Assembly: GCA_000004695.1 (NCBI GenBank)
Contig: CM000154.2
Span: 4,032,001-4,096,000 of the forward strand
DNA: 64,000 nucleotides
Direction: 5' to 3'
From: Dictyostelium discoideum
Taxonomy: Eukaryota
In this document: positions 49,241-64,000 of the stretch, piece by piece
Layout: each line of letters starts with the position of its first letter
Position numbering within the stretch: the stretch's first letter is position 1
Translations under genes and position numbers: made by a program
The notes under the pieces: model-generated
Told to the model about the DNA's origin: nothing
The model's database searches: none
Seen by the model: only the letters and a program-made list of their open reading frames with translations

Positions 49241-49598
49241 TTATTATTTTTTTTTATCATACCCACAGTCATTCTACAAACAACAGCTATAAATAAATAA
49301 TTTAATTTATTTTATTTTTATTTTTTTTTTCTTTTTTTTTTTTTTTGAATTAATTTTTTAATTCAAAAAAATAATATGGCAAAGTAGGAACAAGCAGTTA
49401 TGAGTAAAAAAAAAAATAATAATAAAAATAATAATTTCTATTTTTAATTAAATTCATACAAAAATAATTTTATTCTTTTTATTCCTACCAAAAATATTAA
49501 TTCAATGATTTAAATTTTTTTTATTATTTTTTATACACACTAAATCATATAAAAAAATAAAAAAAAAAAATTAAAAAATAAAAAATAAAAAATAAAAT

Positions 49599-50234
49599 AT
49601 GGAAATATATAATAATAATAGTATTAGTATTAATAATAATAATAATACCTTTAATATTTTTAAAAATAATATTAGTTTTACTAATAATAATTATAATAAT
49701 ATCAATTTTAATAATAATAATAATATTAATAATAATAATAATATTAGTTTTGGTGGTAGTAGTAGTGATAGTGAAAATGATGATAATTATTCATCTTCAC
49801 CAACATCACTTTCATCATCAGTATCATCATCAGTATCATCATCAGTATCATCATCACCATCAGTATCATCATCATCAATTAATAAAAAACCAAATGGATT
49901 AGTTCAATGTAATCATATTGGTTGTGAAAGTGTTTATACTCATCATACTGGGCTATCAAGACATTTTAGAAATTTTCATAAAACTTATTGCTCAAATCCT
50001 GATATTTGTGATGGTTGTATAAGTAAAAGAAAGAAGGAATCCAAAAAACCAGTTCCAAAAGTTGATTGTAACCATGAAGCTTGTATTAAAAAATTATCAA
50101 AAAAGAATATAGCGAAACATCATAAAATGCTACACCCAAATTGTTCAATTGATTGCCAAGAATGTTCTTCTGCTGGTGTTTCAATTCTTTTAAAATTAAA
50201 TAAATTTTTTTTAGATAAGAAAATTCCAATCTAA
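49599..50234 (+). CDS. Putative C2H2-type zinc-finger protein of 211 aa, with an N-rich N-terminus and poly-S/V repeats.
   Basis: There are two C-x2-4-C...H-x3-5-H units: CNHIGCESVYTHHTGLSRHFRNFH and CNHEACIKKLSKKNIAKHHKMLH. A further Cys cluster follows (CSIDCQECSS). The gene is a single exon. Confidence 0.5.
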   Translation: MEIYNNNSISINNNNNTFNIFKNNISFTNNNYNNINFNNNNNINNNNNISFGGSSSDSENDDNYSSSPTSLSSSVSSSVSSSVSSSPSVSSSSINKKPNGLVQCNHIGCESVYTHHTGLSRHFRNFHKTYCSNPDICDGCISKRKKESKKPVPKVDCNHEACIKKLSKKNIAKHHKMLHPNCSIDCQECSSAGVSILLKLNKFFLDKKIPI

Positions 50235-50311
50235 AAAAATATATTTATATATATATATATAAATAAAATAAAAAATAAAATACAATAAACTTTTTTTTTA
50301 AAATTATATTT

Positions 50312-50631
50312 TTATTGAAATTTCTTTTTTTCCATTAATAGTATTTTTTCATTTTCAAATGTTAATTTTTTTTGATTTTTTGTTAAGATTTTATTAATTT
50401 CATTAAGATAAGAAAGTGATTCAGATAAAATTTTTTCTATTGTTATTTCTTTATTATTTGGATAGGTATCAATTTTTTTAATACTTTTTAAAACAAATGG
50501 TAATTTTTTATTGATTTTTTGAATAAATTGGTTTCTTATATTTCTACTTCTAGTTTCAACATTACAATGAGCTTTTTTTTTAATTTTTTCATCAATCACT
50601 ATATTTTTTTTACTATTTTTTGTGTGTTTAG

Positions 50632-50685
<54 letters not shown>

Positions 50686-50746
50686 AGTGGTTGATTAATA
50701 AAAAAAAAAATATAATTTACAATGCTTACCTTTTAATTCTTTTCAT
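50312..50746 (-). CDS. Small basic helix-loop-helix (bHLH) protein of about 101 aa. Two exons, approximately 50746..50730 (17 nt) and 50612..50312.
   Basis: Exon 1 is ATGAAAAGAATTAAAAG followed by a GTAAGC donor at 50729. An AATAG acceptor ends at 50613. The phase-2 join gives MKRIK-S-KKNIVIDEKIKKKAHCNVETRSRNIRNQFIQKINKKLPFVLKSIKKIDTYPNNKEITIEKILSESLSYLNEINKIL. The basic region, with the conserved E (NVE) and R residues (RSRN), then helix 1, loop and helix 2, fit the bHLH consensus (…H..vErrRR..iN..f..L...lP.......K...L..a..Yi..L). Confidence 0.6.
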
Positions 50747-51172
50747 TGTTAGATTTGTTTTTTTAAATTAAAAAAAAAAAAAAAAAAAAAATTAAACTTT
50801 TTAATCAAAAAAAAAAAAAAAAAAAAAAAAAAGACTGACACCAACATTATCAGAATCCAGATTTTTTTTTTTATTTTTTTTTTTTTTTTTTAAACCGATA
50901 TTCTAAACATTTTATTTTTTTTCTTTGAATTCAATAGTGATAATAAAATTTTTTTTTGAATTTAATTGTTTGGTTTTTTATGTTAAACAAAACTTAATTC
51001 AAAATATATATAATTTGTTTATGTGTTTTCAAAAAAGATATTTTTTTTTTTTTATTTTTATTTTTTTATTTTTTTATTTTTTTCGGTAAAATAAAAAAAA
51101 TGCCGTTTACCAGAAGGCGTCACGGATATTTGATAGTTTTCGTCATTTTTATAGCCAAACTGATAAAAATTT

Positions 51173-51203
<31 letters not shown>

Positions 51204-51294
51204 TTAAAACCAAACAAAAAAAAAAAAAAAAAAATCAATCAGTAAAGTACTTTTTATTTTTTAATCCAAACATTGAATAAATACTAATTTTAAA

Positions 51295-51316
51295 ATGCCT
51301 TTAAATCTTGTTGCTA

Positions 51317-51372
<56 letters not shown>

Positions 51373-53606
51373 TAATATTATTTTATTTATTTTTTAATTT
51401 TATTTAATTTTTACTTTTATTTTGATTTTTTAAAAAATAATAGAAAATCTTTAAGAGATAATGAAGAACATTTAAATAAAGCTCATGAAGAAATCAAAAA
51501 TGCTTTAAATGGTGAAGAATGGATTATCGAGTTTGACTGGGATACTATCTTTGATAAAATTGATGAGTTTGCCAAAAAACAATTAGTAATTATTATATTA
51601 TTTTTATTATAATTATTTTTTTATTTATTTTAAATCTAATATTTTTTAAAATTATAAAAAAAAAAATAATAAAAATAATAAAGGGAGAAGTATTTTATAA
51701 AAATTTATGTCCAAATATTTCAAAATGTATTGTTAATGCATGCAAAGATGAAATTACTAAAGAAAGTATAATTAATGCAAATTCAGCTAAAAAGATTGTA
51801 TTAATTGTTAATGAAGATCCAAAGAATACAGTTTATTGGAAGTATGAATTTAATGGTGGTCAATTAAATCTTTTATTTAAAAAAGGTTGTTGTAATTTAT
51901 CAGATGCTGCAAATTTCCAATTATATAAAGTTATTCCAAGTGAAGGTTCTTATACATTAGCAACTCGTCTTAATTTAAAAAAGAATCAAGAGAGATATGA
52001 TGTTGCTTTTGAAAGAATTAAAGCTGTTACTAAAAGAGATTGGTCATTCGATCAAGAATCAATGGAGAGTGTTTATCCAACCGCTTTTGAAACTGATAGT
52101 TCACGTGAACAATTTGGTGATTCATTTGCAACAGTATTGGAAAATTGTGCACAAAATATTGAAAAAAGATGTAAAAATGATATCACTTTGGAAAGTTTTA
52201 ATGAAGTAACCGCCAATGCAAGATTCAGTTTTAGACATTGTCCAAAACAAACCACTGGTTATTGGGTTTGGTCATTTAGTAATGGTGATGTTATAATTTC
52301 ATTCAAATCAGTTTGTAATATCTCTGAAAATGCAAATTTTGATTTCGTTAAAGTTTTACCAGTTCCAGGTGTATTCTCTTTAGCCGCTCGTTTAAATTTG
52401 AAAGAAAGTCAAGAGAAATTCGATACTGTATTTGAAAGAATTAAACAAGTTACAAATGTGGATTGGTCATATGATCAAGAATCATTAGAACAAGTTTATC
52501 CAAAACTTGAAGATAGAAATAAAGAAAGATTAGGTGAAATCTTTTCAGATATTTTAAAATACGCCGCTGATAATATTACAAAGAGGTGTAAAAATGAAAT
52601 TACTTTAGAATCATTCATTGAAGCAACTTCAAATGCTAAGTTTGTATTCCGTCATAATGTAAAGCTTAATGGATACTGGGTTTGGTCATTTGAAAATGGT
52701 GATTTAGTCATTACATTCAAATCGATTTGTAATGTGTCTGATAATGCAAATTTTGATTTCATTAAAGTTTTACCAGTTCCAGGTGTTTTCTCTTTAGCAG
52801 CTCGTTTAAGTTTAAAAGAAAGTCAAGACATGTTTAATAGTGCATTTGAAAGAATTAAACAAGTTACTAAAATGGATTGGTCATATGATGAACAATCATT
52901 AGAACAAGTTTATCCAACACTTGAAGATAGAAATAAAGAAAGAATTGGTGAAATATTTGCCGAGGTACTAAAATACGCTGCTGATAATATCGTTAAACGT
53001 TGCACAAAGGAAGAGATTACTTTAGAATCATTCATTGAAACAACTTCAAATGCTAAAATTGTGTTCCGTCATAATGCAAAACTTAATGGATACTGGATTT
53101 GGTCATTTGAAAATGGTGATTTAGTTATTACATTTAAATCAATTTGTAACGTTTCTGATAATGCAAGTTTTGATTTCATTAGTGTTTTACCATCACCAGG
53201 TGTTTTGACATTGGCTTCAAGAATTAATTTAAAAGAAAATCAAGAGAAAATTCAAGAATCATTTGAAAAAATTAAACAAGTATTGGGTAGTGATTGGAGT
53301 TATGATGAATCATCAATTGAACAGGTTTATCCAAAGCTTGAAGTACATAATAAACCACGTGTTGGTGAAGTTTTTGCTGATATCATTTGTAATATCAGTA
53401 AAAATATCGTTAAAAGATGTTCTGATGAACTTGTAAGAGAAGCATTCATTGAATGTGTTTCAAATGCTAAAATAGTTTTCCAATTCATTGAAAAACAACC
53501 AACATATTGGGTTTGGAAATTTGAAGGTGGTAATTTAATTGTATCATTCAAATCAATTTGTAATATTAGTGATAACTCAAATTTAGACTTTGAAACACTT
53601 CTTTAA
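51295..53606 (+). CDS. Protein of about 695 aa built from five tandem copies of an unrecognised ~135-aa domain. Three exons, approximately 51295..51317, 51444..51585 and 51684..53606.
   Basis: Exon 1 is MPLNLVA with a GTAAAA donor at 51318 followed by an A51 tract. Exon 2 (RKSLRDNEEHLNKAHEEIKNALNGEEWIIEFDWDTIFDKIDEFAKKQL) ends at a GTAATT donor at 51586. Exon 3 starts after an AAAG acceptor at 51683 and continues in frame into ORF 52062..53606. The repeat consensus is CKNEITLESFIEaTSNAKFVFRHN.KLNGYWVWSFENGDLVITFKSICNVSDNANFDFIKVLPVPGVFSLAARL.LKESQ..F...FERIKQVT..DWSYD..SLEQVYP.LEDRNKERIGEIF. Copies start near 51690, 52130, 52540, 52950 and 53360. The last copy is truncated, and copies 3 and 4 are about 85 % identical at the nucleotide level. 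Confidence 0.7.
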
Positions 53607-54337
53607 AGAAATTATTTTATTAAATAATAAAATTTTATTGGAACATTGATTCCAATGTTTAGTTTTTCATTTTTAATATTATTATTTATACTATTGTTAA
53701 TGTTCTCTATAATAACATTGTTTTTATTTTTTGGTTGTGATTATTATCATATTTAAAAATTATTTTTAAATTATTTTTAATATCACCTATTATCGAATAT
53801 TATTGAATATTAAATTCTTTTAATTTATTTAAATTAACCTATTTTTTATTTTTTTTTATTTTTGAAAGTGTGTGGTTTAATAAGTATTGGTCATTCTTTC
53901 CAAAAAGTTGGGGTTCCAAAAAAAAAAAAAAAAAAAAATACCCCATCACACACAAATTAATTATCAGAATTTTTTTTTTTTTTTTTTTTGAAAACCAACT
54001 GTTTGGAAACGGTTTATTATTGAAAATCATTTTTTAACATTTATGGTTATTTTGGGATAAAAAACAGTTTATAAAAAAAAAAAAAAAAAAAAAAATCTAA
54101 TAAATCTTATAAAATTGTTGATAATTTAAAATAATAGATTTAAGAAATCTGATAAAAATTTTTTTGGTATGTAAGGTAATTATTTTTCATGATTTATTTA
54201 TTTATTTTATTTTATTTTATTTAATTTATTCAAAAATGTTTTTTTTTTTAATTATAATTAACCAAAATAAAAAAAATAATTTATTTATTTTTTATTTTAT
54301 TTTAATTTATTAGATAAAATTAATATAGAATATTGAA

Positions 54338-63068
<8,731 letters not shown>

Positions 63069-63195
63069 AATAAAAATTTATATAATAATTTTTGAATAAA
63101 TAATAAAATGAAACAAGCCTAAATTGAAATTTTTTTAATAAAAAAAAAAAACTTTTTTCTTTTTTTTTTTTTTTTTTTTTAGATTTTCACAACTA

Positions 63196-63425
63196 TTTTA
63201 AAATACCAATAAACACTCACCAACCACAAATTTTTTAATAAAAAAAAATAAAAGAAGATTTTTTAAATAAAATTATTTGTCTGTTTTTTTTTAATGCTTT
63301 GTAAAAATTTTTTTTTCATATAATAAAATTATTTCTTTTTTTATATTCTAATAATATTTTGACTATTCTTTTTTTATATCAAAATAAAAAATTTGTGGTT
63401 GGTGAGTGTTTATTGGTATTTTAAA
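63196..63425. repeat. Perfect inverted repeat of about 38-39 bp, with arms near 63196..63236 and 63387..63425 and a spacer of about 150 bp, in the 565-bp intergenic region between the two tandem PKS genes.
   Basis: Arm 1 is ttttaaaataccaataaacactcaccaaccacaaatttt. Arm 2 is aaaatttgtggttggtgagtgtttattggtattttaaa, its exact reverse complement. The arms are markedly C/G-richer than the surrounding poly(A/T) sequence. Confidence 0.8.
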
Positions 63426-63512
63426 TTTGGATGATTCACCATTGGAATATTTTTTGGCAATAATAAATTTAATTTTAATGTTCGCAAGATTTAAAAGATA
63501 ATTGTATTTAAA

Positions 63513-63579
<67 letters not shown>

Positions 63580-63633
63580 TATAAATTAATTTTTTTTTTT
63601 TCAAATTATAATTTAACAATATTACAATATAAA

Positions 63634-64000
63634 ATGGAAAAATATGATATTTACTATAACAGTAACGAGGAATATTACGGTGATGTTGCAGTTATTGGCA
63701 TAGGTTTGAGATTTCCAAGTGGTGATTTAAATGAATCAATTTCAAAACCAAATCAATTATTTAATTCATTATTAAATGGATTAAATGGAATTGTTACTAC
63801 TTCTGAAAGATGGTCTGATAATTATTATTTAAATGGTGAAATTAATTCAGTTTCCGCTGGTTTATTACCTCTTGATGAATGGAAACGATTTGATCCAATA
63901 TTCTTTGGAATTAATCCAAGTTATGATAATGTTGTTACAATTGATCCTCAACAAAGATTATTATTAAAATGTAAGATATTCCAATTAAATCTACCCAAAA
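63634..64000 (+). CDS. Second type I polyketide synthase gene, showing the KS N-terminus. It runs off the 3' end of the window.
   Basis: The product reads [113 protein letters not shown] followed by GTAAGA. This is about 95 % nucleotide identity with exon 1 of the upstream PKS (54338..54662), including the intron donor. Confidence 0.8.
   Translation, partial: MEKYDIYYNSNEEYYGDVAVIGIGLRFPSGDLNESISKPNQLFNSLLNGLNGIVTTSERWSDNYYLNGEINSVSAGLLPLDEWKRFDPIFFGINPSYDNVVTIDPQQRLLLKCKIFQLNLPK

Noticed and set aside
49068-49292. ORF 49068..49292 (+), 74 aa, Cys/Phe-rich.
   Set aside because: It has no homology. It coincides with the CA/GT-rich regulatory-looking island and is better explained as non-coding.
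53607-54337. Possible additional 3' exon or release domain for the repeat gene or PKS in the 730-bp spacer.
   Set aside because: Only AT-rich sequence with an A/T homopolymer lies there. No coding-like segment or splice signal gives an in-frame continuation.

Overview
This 64-kb window is eukaryotic, not prokaryotic, and reads as Dictyostelium-type (social amoeba) nuclear DNA. I found no CRISPR arrays, operons, prophage, recognisable transposon ORFs or tRNA genes.

The call rests on several consistent signals:
- AT content is about 75-80 %, with intergenic and intronic poly(A)/poly(T) tracts up to about 50 nt.
- Coding regions are full of (AAT)n/(CAA)n triplet tracts encoding poly-Asn and poly-Gln.
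- Introns are short (60-200 nt), AT-rich, and bounded by GTAAGT/GTATGT donors and TTTTAG/ATAG acceptors.

I reconstructed about 25 protein-coding genes on both strands by joining six-frame ORFs across GT-AG introns by hand. Exon coordinates are therefore good to a few nt, not exact. The genes, in order:
- formate-tetrahydrofolate ligase (5' truncated by the window edge)
- a large poly-N/poly-Q protein
- pantothenate kinase
- a small lysine-rich protein
- a trehalose-6-phosphate synthase/phosphatase fusion
- a Rab GTPase
- an S28 (PRCP-like) serine peptidase
- two small secreted proteins
- an M16C (PreP-like) metallopeptidase
- an SH2-domain protein kinase (shk-type)
- a CHID1-like GH18-domain protein
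- an SDS22-type LRR protein
- an MFSD6-like transporter
- a SURF6 homologue
- a USP12/46-like deubiquitinase
- several low-complexity hypothetical proteins
- a J-like domain protein
- a C2H2 zinc-finger protein
- a tiny two-exon bHLH protein
- a protein built of five tandem copies of an unrecognised ~135-aa domain
- a highly reducing type I iterative polyketide synthase, about 2,690 aa over 6 exons
- the 5' end of a second, near-identical PKS gene 0.56 kb downstream (3' truncated by the window edge)

The most unusual stretch is 50.3-64.0 kb. It holds the bHLH gene, the 5x-repeat protein and the tandem PKS pair, and a perfect 38-39 bp inverted repeat lies between the two PKS genes. None of the prokaryotic-style systems the prompt hints at is present.
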